A DNA stretch of 61,560 nucleotides, counting the filler. It is 5 parts of 5 records of this genome, joined end to end, with 100 filler letters (N's around TTAATTAATTAA, not from the genome) between each part and the next. Parts side by side here need not be neighbours in the genome. Positions count along the whole stretch, not along the records: positions 11,072 to 35,536 come from SRR31156797_384; positions 35,637 to 45,258 come from SRR31156797_395; 3 more parts are not named here. One strand, given 5' to 3'. Shown piece after piece: positions 29,321 to 38,616 of this stretch (the stretch's first letter is position 1; the number at the start of each line of letters is the position of its first letter). The translations under genes were made by a program, and so were the position numbers. Below the pieces are notes generated by a model. It saw only the letters and a list, made by a program, of their open reading frames with translations, was not told the DNA's origin and ran no database searches.

Positions 29321-30115
29321 TCAAGACAGCCAACGCTTCCGGCGTTTGTAGTGTTTTACGTTTCGAAAACTCTTTTTTTTGCCCACTTCGGTGAGACCCA
29401 GATAGAATTCCTTGATATCCTCGTTTTCCATGACCTTTTCCGAGGGACCATCCAGAACGATCTTTCCGTTCTCCATAATGTACCCGTATTGGGCAAAACC
29501 GAGGGCCAGGTTGGCATTTTGCTCCACGATGAGGACGGAAACCTTCTCCTGTTGGTTTACTTTTTTGGTGATATGGAAAATCTCGGCAATTACCAATGGG
29601 GCCAACCCCAAAGAGGGCTCGTCCAACATCAGTAGTTTTGGTCGGGACATGAGACCCCGACCGATGGCAACCATCTGCTGTTCACCTCCGCTCAAGTACA
29701 CGGACAGGGAATTCTTTCGCCCCCCCAGGACCGGAAAATAGTCGTAAATCCTGTTCAGATCCTTCCCCATATCGGTGGAAGATTTCCGGGTATAGGCGCC
29801 GATCCTGAGGTTTTCATCGACGGTAAGCTCGTCGAAGACCTGTCTTCCTTCAGGCACATGACATACCCCCAGACGGACCACCTGCTCCGCGGAAAGTTCA
29901 TTTAGAAGATGCTCATTGAAATTGATTGTACCGTCTTCGATCTCGCCCTCATCTGAGTAAAGAACATTTGAGATGGCCTTAAGGGTTGTTGTCTTGCCGG
30001 CTCCGTTGGATCCCAAAAGCGCCACGATTCCCGCGTCGGGCACTTGAAGGGAGATGCCCCGAACCACCAAGACCACATCATTGTAAACGACTTCCAGATT
30101 ATTGATCTTGAGCAT
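29321..30115 (-). CDS. ABC ATP-binding protein (LivF-like)
   Basis: GSNGAGKTT, LSGGEQQM, LDEPSLGLAP, EQN. Confidence 0.93.
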   Translation of the reverse strand: MLKINNLEVVYNDVVLVVRGISLQVPDAGIVALLGSNGAGKTTTLKAISNVLYSDEGEIEDGTINFNEHLLNELSAEQVVRLGVCHVPEGRQVFDELTVDENLRIGAYTRKSSTDMGKDLNRIYDYFPVLGGRKNSLSVYLSGGEQQMVAIGRGLMSRPKLLMLDEPSLGLAPLVIAEIFHITKKVNQQEKVSVLIVEQNANLALGFAQYGYIMENGKIVLDGPSEKVMENEDIKEFYLGLTEVGKKKSFRNVKHYKRRKRWLS

Positions 30116-30116
30116 T

Positions 30117-30899
30117 TTATCCTTTCCCTTTGTCTTCGCTCATTTCTCCCAGATAGGCCTTGATCACCACGGGATCCTCTCTTACGGTTTGAGGCCTGCC
30201 TTCGCTGATCTTCTTTCCGAAATCCAGGACACATACCCGATCCGAGATATCCATGACAACGCCCATATCGTGCTCAATCATCAGGATCGTCGTCCCCATC
30301 TCTTCCTGGATATCCAGGATAAAACGGGCCATATCTTCCGTCTCTTCCACATTCATTCCGGCCATGGGTTCGTCCAGCAGTAAAACCTTAGGATCCGAAA
30401 CGAGGGCCCGGCCCAATTCCACCCGTTTCCGGATGCCGTAGGGGAGCAATGAAACCACACTTTTCCGGGTATGCTCGATTTCAAGAAAATCGATGATTTC
30501 TTCGGCTTTTTTTCGGATCTTCATCTCTTCTTTCACCGCCCGGCCGTAGAAAATCCCGGCCGACAGGACATCGGCCCTCAATTTGGAGTGGCATCCCAAA
30601 AGAAGGTTTTCCAGGACCGTCATATGTTTGAAAAGGGCTATGTTCTGGAATGTTCGGGCGATGCCCAGATTGGAAATATCACTGATCTTTTTTTTCAACA
30701 ATTCCTGCCCCATGAACTTAATGGAGCCTGTGTCCGGCTTGTAAATGCGGCTGATGCAGTTAAAAATAGTCGTCTTACCGGCACCGTTGGGACCGATGAT
30801 GGCGTAGATCTCACCCTCTTCAACGGTGAAATCCACATCCAACAATGCCTGTACACCGCCGAAATTGATGCTCAAGCGCTTACCTGACAATATTGTCAT
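30117..30899 (-). CDS. ABC ATP-binding protein (LivG-like)
   Basis: GPNGAGKTT, RTFQN, LPYG, LLDEP, IEHDM, AYLG. Confidence 0.93.
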   Translation of the reverse strand: MTILSGKRLSINFGGVQALLDVDFTVEEGEIYAIIGPNGAGKTTIFNCISRIYKPDTGSIKFMGQELLKKKISDISNLGIARTFQNIALFKHMTVLENLLLGCHSKLRADVLSAGIFYGRAVKEEMKIRKKAEEIIDFLEIEHTRKSVVSLLPYGIRKRVELGRALVSDPKVLLLDEPMAGMNVEETEDMARFILDIQEEMGTTILMIEHDMGVVMDISDRVCVLDFGKKISEGRPQTVREDPVVIKAYLGEMSEDKGKG

Positions 30900-30955
30900 G
30901 TCGTTCTTCCCCTTACTCTACCAGAGACAACCCGTAAGACACGTCACTGATATCT

Positions 30956-31351
30956 CTATGCAAAGTATTTTTTCAGATACTTGACAACATCTTTTACCAG
31001 CGAACCTCGAAAGACACGCTTGACCCCCATCTTGATAAGTTCCTCTTCATCATGAGGCGGAAAAATGCCCCCGACAATAACCGGGATTTCCTGGGCCTTG
31101 TGCTTGATAAGCGCTTCCATCAGGATGGGGGTCAGCGTGAGGTGCTCTCCGGAAAGGCAGCTAACCCCGATCATGTCCACGTCTTCCTGGATGGCGCTCT
31201 GAACCAGCATCTCGGGGGTATTGTACATGCCGAGATAGATCACTTCGTAGCCTTCGCTTCGGAGCATGGCGGCGAGGACCTTTGCGCCACGGTCATGCCC
31301 ATCCAGGCCGAGCTTTGCGATAACGATACGAACCCTGTTTTCGGATCCCAT
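30956..31351 (-). CDS. Acyl-CoA mutase small (cobalamin-binding) subunit
   Basis: AKLGLDGHDRGAKV (DxHxxG), SCLSG.H, VGG. Confidence 0.93.
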   Translation of the reverse strand: MGSENRVRIVIAKLGLDGHDRGAKVLAAMLRSEGYEVIYLGMYNTPEMLVQSAIQEDVDMIGVSCLSGEHLTLTPILMEALIKHKAQEIPVIVGGIFPPHDEEELIKMGVKRVFRGSLVKDVVKYLKKYFA

Positions 31352-31374
31352 TCTCTCATCTCCCTTTGAGTCCT

Positions 31375-32895
31375 TTAATCCTGCGAATAATCGGGCAGGA
31401 TCTCCCCCACGTAGTCTTTTTCACTCACCCGACTGGCCGCGATAATCCCGGCATGGGTGGCGGCATCATTGGCCGCCATGGAACATTCCGAACTGTCGGA
31501 AGCGTGGTAGAGGCCTTCCACAAATGGACACTTGGCCCGAGGTCTGGCGTCTCCCACCTGGAAAGGCGCCTGGGCTACCGGCACCAGGCTGTCGGAAACC
31601 GTGTAAAGCGCCCATTCCAGGGATTCCTTGAACCCCGGGTAGCTCTCGGTCATGAACGCCATCATCCGATCATAGGCCAGATTGACCAGTTCCCGGCTGT
31701 GCGCCTCCTTGTCCGTCAAGGACACGTAGGCATCCAGAAGCTGTTTTCCGGCGGGGGCCCGACCGGGATCCATACCCGAACTGTCCCAGAACCCCATCCG
31801 CACATCACTGTCAAAGCCGTCCTCTTTGCCCGCAATTTTGGGTGTGAAGGTCACGTGCTCTTTCACGACTTGACGATTAAGGCCGAAGTACACCGCCCCG
31901 ATCCCTGCACGCCAGAAGCCCTTAACCCGATTGACGAAGGTGTATGGGAAGTGCTTTTCCGGGATATATCGGAACATCTCGTTGACCAGCCCGGAATTGA
32001 TGACGATGGGGCATTCGATCTTCTCAACAGTGCCTTCCACGTCAACCAGTACCCCTTTCACTTTTCCCCCTTCAATCAGAACTTCCATGACCTTTGCTCC
32101 GGTCATCACCTTGCCGCCATTCTCTTCGATGACGTGGCACAGGGACATGGGAATTTTAACAAAGCCCGGCAGCCCTGGAGTCGAACATCCACCCAGGGAA
32201 AAGCGCTTTCCGGCCCTGGCCACAAAACGATTCATCAAGATGTTGTCTCCGGCGGAGATATTGGCCGGGTCATTGATGGTGCAATTCATGGTGCCATTGA
32301 CGTAATGGAACTCTTTGGTATTCCCATTGTCGGTCCGGGCCTCCATCCATTCTTTCAAGCTCATATGGTCGTACGAGTGGGCCTCTTCGGCCGACATCCG
32401 GACCATGGTGCGGTTAATCCTGCCGCATTCGGACCGGTCCCGGTCATTCATCCATGGAAAGTTCCCTCCCCGCTCCGAACCACGTTCAAAGTGATATAGT
32501 TTTCCGTCATGCCACCATCCGGCGCTTATGGCCGGATAGAGGGTCAAGGGTTTGCCGAGGTACGTAAGGCATGTGTTGGTGCGGCCCTTTTCAGTAACCA
32601 TAAGCGTATGGATCCCCGCCTCAAAGGCATATCCGTCCAGGTAGCCCTGGCTGAACAGTTCCGGCAGATCCGGTTCCGACCTGGAAAACCACGTGCAGGC
32701 GGCCTCTCCCATGGCTTTCCGATAGGTTTCGGCACCCTCCTCCTTTAAGTTAAAGGAGATGTCCCTCCCTCCGATTCGAGAGGCTTTCTCCAGCACCAGG
32801 ACTTTCATTCCCTCTTGTTTGGCCAAAATGGCTCCGGCGGTGGGCCCGCCAACACCGGCGCCGATAACAACCACATCAAATTTCTCGTTCTTCAT
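31375..32895 (-). CDS. FAD-dependent oxidoreductase, phytoene dehydrogenase-like
   Basis: DVVVIGAGVGG Rossmann motif, LEK...GGR, FEAGIH, DPGRAPAGKQL, VEGLY; SD GGAGG before ATG 32895. Confidence 0.8.
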   Translation of the reverse strand: MKNEKFDVVVIGAGVGGPTAGAILAKQEGMKVLVLEKASRIGGRDISFNLKEEGAETYRKAMGEAACTWFSRSEPDLPELFSQGYLDGYAFEAGIHTLMVTEKGRTNTCLTYLGKPLTLYPAISAGWWHDGKLYHFERGSERGGNFPWMNDRDRSECGRINRTMVRMSAEEAHSYDHMSLKEWMEARTDNGNTKEFHYVNGTMNCTINDPANISAGDNILMNRFVARAGKRFSLGGCSTPGLPGFVKIPMSLCHVIEENGGKVMTGAKVMEVLIEGGKVKGVLVDVEGTVEKIECPIVINSGLVNEMFRYIPEKHFPYTFVNRVKGFWRAGIGAVYFGLNRQVVKEHVTFTPKIAGKEDGFDSDVRMGFWDSSGMDPGRAPAGKQLLDAYVSLTDKEAHSRELVNLAYDRMMAFMTESYPGFKESLEWALYTVSDSLVPVAQAPFQVGDARPRAKCPFVEGLYHASDSSECSMAANDAATHAGIIAASRVSEKDYVGEILPDYSQD

Positions 32896-32943
32896 CAAAA
32901 CCTCCCTTTTTCCCCTTTGTAATAAATCGAAGGCCACAAACCG

Positions 32944-34608
32944 TCAGATAAACGGGTGGGTCAGCACCTCCAAAGGATCATAAGGTTCTCCCATGGCCAC
33001 GCGCACGGTGCCCAAGACCTCCCCCAAGGTGGCGTAGTGCTTTGCCGCTTCTATCATCGCAGGGATCAGGTTTTCCTTCTCCCCCTCTTCCGCCCTTGAC
33101 TTGAGTGCCATAAGGGCATCCTTTACTCCCTTTTCATTTCTGGTTTCCTTAAGACGCTTAACCCTTGCAATCTGATTTTCCTCCGATTCCGGCGAGATGC
33201 GGTGGAAATCCCCAACGGACGGGCCTTCTTCCATCTGAAAACTGTTCAACCCCACCACGGTCCGTTCGCCGCTTTCCACCTCTTGCTGATATTTCAAGGC
33301 AGCCTCATCGAACTGGGCGTCCACCCATCCGGAATCCAGAACCTTCTTCATTCCCCCTTTTCCCTCGATCTCTTCCATAATCTTGTTCACTTCCTTCTCG
33401 ATCTCTTCCGTAAGCGATTCCATGAAGTAGCTCCCCCCAAGAGGATCCGCCACTTTGGCCACGCCGGTTTCATAGGCCAGGATCTGCTGTGTTCGAATGG
33501 CCAGTCTCACCGATTCTTCCGTGGGTAGGGCAATGGGTTCGTCGTATGAACAGCAATGAAGGGATTGAACCCCCGCCAGCACGGCCGCCATGGCTTCATA
33601 GGCCACTCGGACGATATTGTTGACCGGCTGTTGAGGAACGAGAGAGCACCCGGCCGTGTGAACGCCGAATTTAAATTTCCATGACTTGGGGTCTTTAGCC
33701 CCGAATCGCTCTTTCATGATTTTCGCCCAGATACGGCGCGCTGCCCGCAACTTGGCGATCTCTTCGAAAAAATCCATGTGGGCGGAACAGTAGAAGGCGA
33801 ATCTGGGAGCGAAATCATCGATCGCAAGGCCCCTGTCCAGGACGCCTTGGACATAGAGCATGGCCATGGAGAACCCAAAGGCAACCTCCTGGGGGGCGCT
33901 CAAGCCCTGTTCTCTCAAATCATAGAGGTTGACATTGATGGGATACCAGCGGGGCATGTTCCGGATGGAGTACTCGATCACATCCACCCCCGTTTTGAGG
34001 GCCAAATCGATGGGAGAGGAGATCTTAAAGCCGGCGTATCGGCAGTGAATGGGATCATTCTGGGTTGTCCCCGCCAATACCGAAGGATCCAATCCCAGAT
34101 TCTGAGCCAATGCGATATATTGCGACAGGGTCACCGGGGTCTGGGTTGAAGAGACGATCAAAGACATGCTGATCTTTTCCAGGGGCAGGTCCTTCATCAG
34201 GAGTTCCATGTCCTGAAGGGTGCACATGGACACCCCCTGAACACCCACTTCCCCTCCGGCCCGGGGATGATCGGAATCGATACCCATGATGCTGGGATTG
34301 TCCGGGATTACATTGAGCCCGCTGGACCCCTCTCCGATCAAGAATTTCAGCCTCTCGTTGGTCTCCGCGGGTGTTCCGTATCCCGTTACCTCGCGGCGGG
34401 TCCAGTAGCGGCCGCGAAACATGTTCTTGTGAATTCCTCTGGTATAGGGAAACTCACCCGGGGCTCCCGTCGTTTTTCCATAATCAATTCCGGAAACGTC
34501 CGCCGGGCCATAGGAGTCCTTCAAGGGAAGGCCGGACCAGGTTTTCAACCCGGTGGGTTTCTCATAATAAGCATCAACGAGCTTGGGATTTTTTTCTTTT
34601 TCAGACAT
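32944..34608 (-). CDS. B12-dependent acyl-CoA mutase large subunit (methylmalonyl-CoA mutase family), divergent active site
   Basis: PGEFPYTRG, GTTQND, FFEEIAKLRAAR, QSLH..SYDE..ALPT, DPLGGSY. Confidence 0.93.
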   Translation of the reverse strand: MSEKEKNPKLVDAYYEKPTGLKTWSGLPLKDSYGPADVSGIDYGKTTGAPGEFPYTRGIHKNMFRGRYWTRREVTGYGTPAETNERLKFLIGEGSSGLNVIPDNPSIMGIDSDHPRAGGEVGVQGVSMCTLQDMELLMKDLPLEKISMSLIVSSTQTPVTLSQYIALAQNLGLDPSVLAGTTQNDPIHCRYAGFKISSPIDLALKTGVDVIEYSIRNMPRWYPINVNLYDLREQGLSAPQEVAFGFSMAMLYVQGVLDRGLAIDDFAPRFAFYCSAHMDFFEEIAKLRAARRIWAKIMKERFGAKDPKSWKFKFGVHTAGCSLVPQQPVNNIVRVAYEAMAAVLAGVQSLHCCSYDEPIALPTEESVRLAIRTQQILAYETGVAKVADPLGGSYFMESLTEEIEKEVNKIMEEIEGKGGMKKVLDSGWVDAQFDEAALKYQQEVESGERTVVGLNSFQMEEGPSVGDFHRISPESEENQIARVKRLKETRNEKGVKDALMALKSRAEEGEKENLIPAMIEAAKHYATLGEVLGTVRVAMGEPYDPLEVLTHPFI

Positions 34609-34669
34609 TTATTCACCTCGATATCAGATCGATAAACAAACCCGCTTTTGGGTCCATGACTCCCTGAAT

Positions 34670-35470
34670 CTATCGGTTCAGAAAACCCGGTTTTCGCTTC
34701 TCCAGAAAGGCTCCAACGCCTTCTCTGGCATCATCCGTGTTCAACAAGGTCTCAAGCCCCTTCATCTCAAGTGCAAGCCCATCCGTGAACGGAAGCTCAA
34801 GTCCTTTATTGATGCATTCCTTGACCACGGAAACGGCCACACCCGCCAGATCCTTGAATGTCTGGGCATAAGCCAGACAGCTTTCCATCAGTGATCCCGG
34901 ATCATAAATTCGGTCAACCACACCTTTGGCAAGTGCATCTTCGGCGTCAAGAAGTGTTCGGTTATAAATGATATCTTTTGCGCGGCTCCTACCGATCAAA
35001 CGGCACAGGCGTTGGGTTCCGCCGGCCCCCGGAAGGAGTCCCAGGTTCAGCTCCGGCAATCCCACGCGTGCATTTCCTTTGGCCATGAAGCGAAAATCGC
35101 AGGCGAGCGCCAGTTCCAGGCCCCCTCCCATGGCGTGACCGTTGATGGCGGCAATGACAGGAAATGGGAGATCCTCAACCTGGTTGATGGTCGCCTGGAG
35201 TCGGGTGTTGAAAAAGATCTGGTCTTTCACCAGATTCGGCCCTTCCATGTACCCCTTAATCATTTTGATGTCCGCGCCCGCAATAAAGATACCCTCTAAA
35301 CGACTGGCCAGGATCAGGCAACGAATCTGACTTGGTCTTTCCCTGAAATCCGCCGCCACCTGTGCCAACTCCTCAACCATATCCAGATTGAGTCCGTTTG
35401 CCGGGGGCGCATTAAACCAGATGATCCCCGTTGTTTCCCGTTTTTCCGTTTCCAGAAACTTCAGGCCCAT
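34670..35470 (-). CDS. Enoyl-CoA hydratase/isomerase family
   Basis: FIAGADI, AMGGGLELALACD, LPELNLGLLPGAGGTQRL. Confidence 0.92.
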   Translation of the reverse strand: MGLKFLETEKRETTGIIWFNAPPANGLNLDMVEELAQVAADFRERPSQIRCLILASRLEGIFIAGADIKMIKGYMEGPNLVKDQIFFNTRLQATINQVEDLPFPVIAAINGHAMGGGLELALACDFRFMAKGNARVGLPELNLGLLPGAGGTQRLCRLIGRSRAKDIIYNRTLLDAEDALAKGVVDRIYDPGSLMESCLAYAQTFKDLAGVAVSVVKECINKGLELPFTDGLALEMKGLETLLNTDDAREGVGAFLEKRKPGFLNR

Positions 35471-35472
35471 AA

Positions 35473-35535
35473 TTACCCCTGCTTATCTGCTAAGTATTTG
35501 CGGGCAATGACGGTCCTCTGGATTTCGGAGGTCCC
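35473..35535 (-). CDS. Acyl-CoA dehydrogenase, C-terminal fragment (truncated by contig end)
   Basis: GTSEIQRTVIARKYLADKQG*, the canonical ACAD C-terminal motif; not in the ORF track. Confidence 0.75.
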   Translation of the reverse strand, partial: GTSEIQRTVIARKYLADKQG

Positions 35536-35536
35536 C

Positions 35537-35636
35537 NNNNNNNNNNNNNNNNNNNNNNNNNNNNNNNNNNNNNNNNNNNNTTAATTAATTAANNNNNNNN
35601 NNNNNNNNNNNNNNNNNNNNNNNNNNNNNNNNNNNN
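35537..35636. other. Artificial contig linker
   Basis: N44-TTAATTAATTAA-N44; abrupt switch to AT-rich DNA after it. Confidence 0.98.
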
Positions 35637-35755
35637 TTGAGCTTTAAAGCGGCTCATGCTTCTCGTTACGTCCCAATGACGCCATGACATATGCAAAGTT
35701 GCATAATCAAAACGATACTACCATTCTAGAGAAACGCTGAGTGTTTTCTAAAAAA
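35637..35755 (-). ncRNA. Candidate structured ncRNA, possibly 6S RNA (3' truncated)
   Basis: Minus-strand TATAAT at 35768-35763 behind an AT-rich tract, followed by ORF-less DNA richer in GC than the contig, with hairpin TATGCAA-NN-TTGCATA. Confidence 0.4.
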
Positions 35756-35937
35756 GTTCGTGATTATACTTAATACAAACTTAAATATGCCTTATGTTAA
35801 TAATGGGATTGGCGGTAACAATTACTATACATAAGGCTTTAAAAAGTGAGGACAAAACTATGTTTTAGAAATATAAAAAATCTCATACGCTTCATAGTAG
35901 CGTATTGAAATTATAAGTAGTTTAGGTTTCTATTGGG

Positions 35938-36609
35938 TTACAAATTATTAGATTTTTTTGCTTTTAACAAAAGGTTTTTACCTGTGATTTTACCAAAAGT
36001 AATTTTGTCAAAAAATCTACTTATAGGAAATATATATTTATCATATATGATTAAACTTTTGGGTGAAACTTCACTGCTATTACTAATTGATTTAAAAACT
36101 AAGGTTGCAAAAAAACCTAAAAAATCAAAATACTTGCAATACTCTATTGTAAAGCCTGCATTTTTAAATTTTTGTTCCAACTCTTTTTTGCTATATCTTC
36201 TATAATGACCTACTGCTTTATCCATATTTGAATATAAAAGCATATGTGCAGGAACTAAGATTTTTATTTTGCTATTTGGTTTTAAAAAAGAAAAAAATTC
36301 TTTTATAATCTCTTCATCCTCTTTTATATGTTCTAAAACATTTGATGAATAGATAAAATCAAACTCTTTTTCAAATTCCAAAAGAGATTTTCTAGTAGGA
36401 GCTTTTATGAAACTATGCATAGATTCATCAAGTTCAACTGCAAAAATATTTTTATCAAACCTATTTGCAAATTCCCCTTTTCCTGCACCAAAATCTAAGA
36501 TATTTTTATTGGCTAAATTTTCTGATGTAATCCAATCATAAATTGTATTATTATAATTAATTGCCAAAGTCATTACATCAAGATTTTCTTTTCCTTCATA
36601 TTCAGCCAT
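35938..36609 (-). CDS. Class I SAM-dependent methyltransferase
   Basis: ILDFGAGKG, NVLEHI, VPAH..LYS.MD..VGHYRRY. Confidence 0.88.
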   Translation of the reverse strand: MAEYEGKENLDVMTLAINYNNTIYDWITSENLANKNILDFGAGKGEFANRFDKNIFAVELDESMHSFIKAPTRKSLLEFEKEFDFIYSSNVLEHIKEDEEIIKEFFSFLKPNSKIKILVPAHMLLYSNMDKAVGHYRRYSKKELEQKFKNAGFTIEYCKYFDFLGFFATLVFKSISNSSEVSPKSLIIYDKYIFPISRFFDKITFGKITGKNLLLKAKKSNNL

Positions 36610-36685
36610 CTAATTACTACCTAGTTAATTATTTTTTATATTTTATCATATATAGCTTTTAAGGGCTTATTTTATAAAATAATAA

Positions 36686-36958
36686 ATGTCTACTACAAAT
36701 GTTATATTTATATATTTAATATCAATCAATTCTATTTCATTTATATTCTATGGATTAGACAAATATAAAGCTATAAAAAGCAAACAGAGAATAAGTGAAA
36801 AAAACCTACACCTTTTTTCTATATTTGCAGGCTTTCTAGGTTCTTTTTTTGCAATGTTTCTTTTCAGACATAAAATAAGAAAAATCAAATTTTTACTTAT
36901 TGAACTATTTATACTAATAGTTTGGTTGATAATACTTTCTCAAATTTTTCTAAAATAA
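36686..36958 (+). CDS. DUF1294 family membrane protein
   Basis: YGLDKYKA...RISEK.L...G..GS...M..FRHK. Confidence 0.88.
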   Translation: MSTTNVIFIYLISINSISFIFYGLDKYKAIKSKQRISEKNLHLFSIFAGFLGSFFAMFLFRHKIRKIKFLLIELFILIVWLIILSQIFLK

Positions 36959-36959
36959 T

Positions 36960-37763
36960 TTAATCTAAAAAATCAGTAAACACAGCTTTTATTCCCCAGG
37001 AGAAGAGTTCCTCTTTTCTTTTTTTGTCATTAACTGTAAATACACAAGTATGAATTTCGTTTTTTAAAAGCTCTTCAACAATATCTTTTGTAATAATCTC
37101 ATTACAACAATGGTAGGCGTGGATATTGTATTTTAAAAGTGTTTCCACTAAATCTTTCAAATGAACTTCTTCTTGTAATAAAGCTTTTTTTATATTTTTA
37201 TTTTTTTCTTCTATTTGTAAAATATATTCATAATTAAAAGATGAGATAATCACTTCATCTTGCATATCATATTTTAAGATTAGTTCTATTACCTTGTCTA
37301 CTGCAACTTTGTGAAAGGGGGTATTTCTTAAATCTTTAATCTCTATATTTATTGCCATCTTATTTTCTTTACAAAAAGCTAGCACCTCTTCTAAAGTAGA
37401 GATTTTTTGAGGCTTTATATCATCTTTACTAATTATATTATTGTGTAAAGTTTTATGTGGGTCAGCATCTATAAACCATGATGAAATATCAAGTTGCTTT
37501 AACTCTTCAAGGGTAAACTCATCAATATTATAATCTTGTTTTGAAGTAAACACTATATCCACGTCACTTGTTCTTTTCATGGTATCATCATGAACAACTA
37601 CTGCAATACCATCACTAGAAAAAGCTACATCTAACTCTATCATTTTTACTTTTTCTAAAGCTTTTTTAAAAGCATCCAGTGTATTTTCTGCTTGGATTGA
37701 ACTATGTCCTCTATGGGCTATTTGAATTTTGTCGTTATCTTTATAAAAATTAAAATTATTCAT
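36960..37763 (-). CDS. Glycerophosphodiester phosphodiesterase
   Basis: IAHRG, ENT, IELDV, HD, IEIK, SSF, FTVN, FTD. Confidence 0.92.
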   Translation of the reverse strand: MNNFNFYKDNDKIQIAHRGHSSIQAENTLDAFKKALEKVKMIELDVAFSSDGIAVVVHDDTMKRTSDVDIVFTSKQDYNIDEFTLEELKQLDISSWFIDADPHKTLHNNIISKDDIKPQKISTLEEVLAFCKENKMAINIEIKDLRNTPFHKVAVDKVIELILKYDMQDEVIISSFNYEYILQIEEKNKNIKKALLQEEVHLKDLVETLLKYNIHAYHCCNEIITKDIVEELLKNEIHTCVFTVNDKKRKEELFSWGIKAVFTDFLD

Positions 37764-37764
37764 C

Positions 37765-38616
37765 TTACTTCTTCTTTGAAAATATTAAATTAAAAAATGC
37801 AATTATAGAAGTACAAATAATCAATAAAAATGAAATTGAATTTATAATTGGCGTACTTCCATCCCTTACTTGTAGATACAAATTTATTGGTAAAGTTGTA
37901 TCTGAACCTATTAAAAAAAGCGTTGTATTAAAGTTTTCAAAACTCATTAGAAAAGCTACTGCCCCTGCTCCAATTAAAGCTGGTTTTAAAAAAGGTAAAA
38001 CTATATAAAAAATAGTTTGGGGCATACTAGCTCCTAAATTTAATGCTGCTTCCTCCAAGCATACATCAAATTTTTTAAGTCGTGCTGAAACCACAAGTAA
38101 TACAAAAGTAGTGATAAACGAAAACTGCCCAATTACTACAAGCCAAAAGCTGGGTCTTAAAACCTCTAAATCTATCCCATAATTCATATCTAAATATAAA
38201 CCTAAATCATTTACAGAAACCAATAAAGAGATACCTAAAATAACTCCAGGGATAACTAAAGGTGTTAAAGCTAAAAAATATAAAGCCTGTTTAAATTTAA
38301 AATCTTTTCTTTCAAATAAAATTGCAGCATATGTTCCAACAAATAAAGAAAGAATAGTCACAAAAAATGCTGTTTTTAAACTGTTGTAAATACTTGTTAG
38401 ATTTTCACTATCATTAAATATCCCTACTCTTTGAGAATTATCAGCTATAAACCAATCAAGAGTAAAACCATTCCAAGGAAGTGAAGGAAAATTTGAGTCA
38501 TTAAAAGCAAACACACAAGTTACAACTAAAGGCGCAAATAAAAAAAGAAAAAACAATATTACATAAACTCTAAATGCAATAGCATAAAGTTTTGATTTTG
38601 GTAGTGTTCTTATCAT
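37765..38616 (-). CDS. Polyamine-type ABC permease (PotC-like)
   Basis: W.GFTL.W, PLVIPG, LEEAA.NLGA EAA loop, TLP. Confidence 0.88.
   Translation of the reverse strand: MIRTLPKSKLYAIAFRVYVILFFLFLFAPLVVTCVFAFNDSNFPSLPWNGFTLDWFIADNSQRVGIFNDSENLTSIYNSLKTAFFVTILSLFVGTYAAILFERKDFKFKQALYFLALTPLVIPGVILGISLLVSVNDLGLYLDMNYGIDLEVLRPSFWLVVIGQFSFITTFVLLVVSARLKKFDVCLEEAALNLGASMPQTIFYIVLPFLKPALIGAGAVAFLMSFENFNTTLFLIGSDTTLPINLYLQVRDGSTPIINSISFLLIICTSIIAFFNLIFSKKK

Noticed and set aside
25466-32499. Long plus-strand ORFs (25466-26617, 27561-28535, 31366-32499)
   Set aside because: Antisense shadows of well-supported minus-strand genes in GC-rich DNA; no recognisable motifs
13095-35536. PHA module and mutase cluster as a single pathway
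   Set aside because: They are convergent, separated by a foreign-looking relic, and I saw no PhaR-type boxes or (R)-specific hydratase in the catabolic cluster; a metabolic link is possible but unsupported
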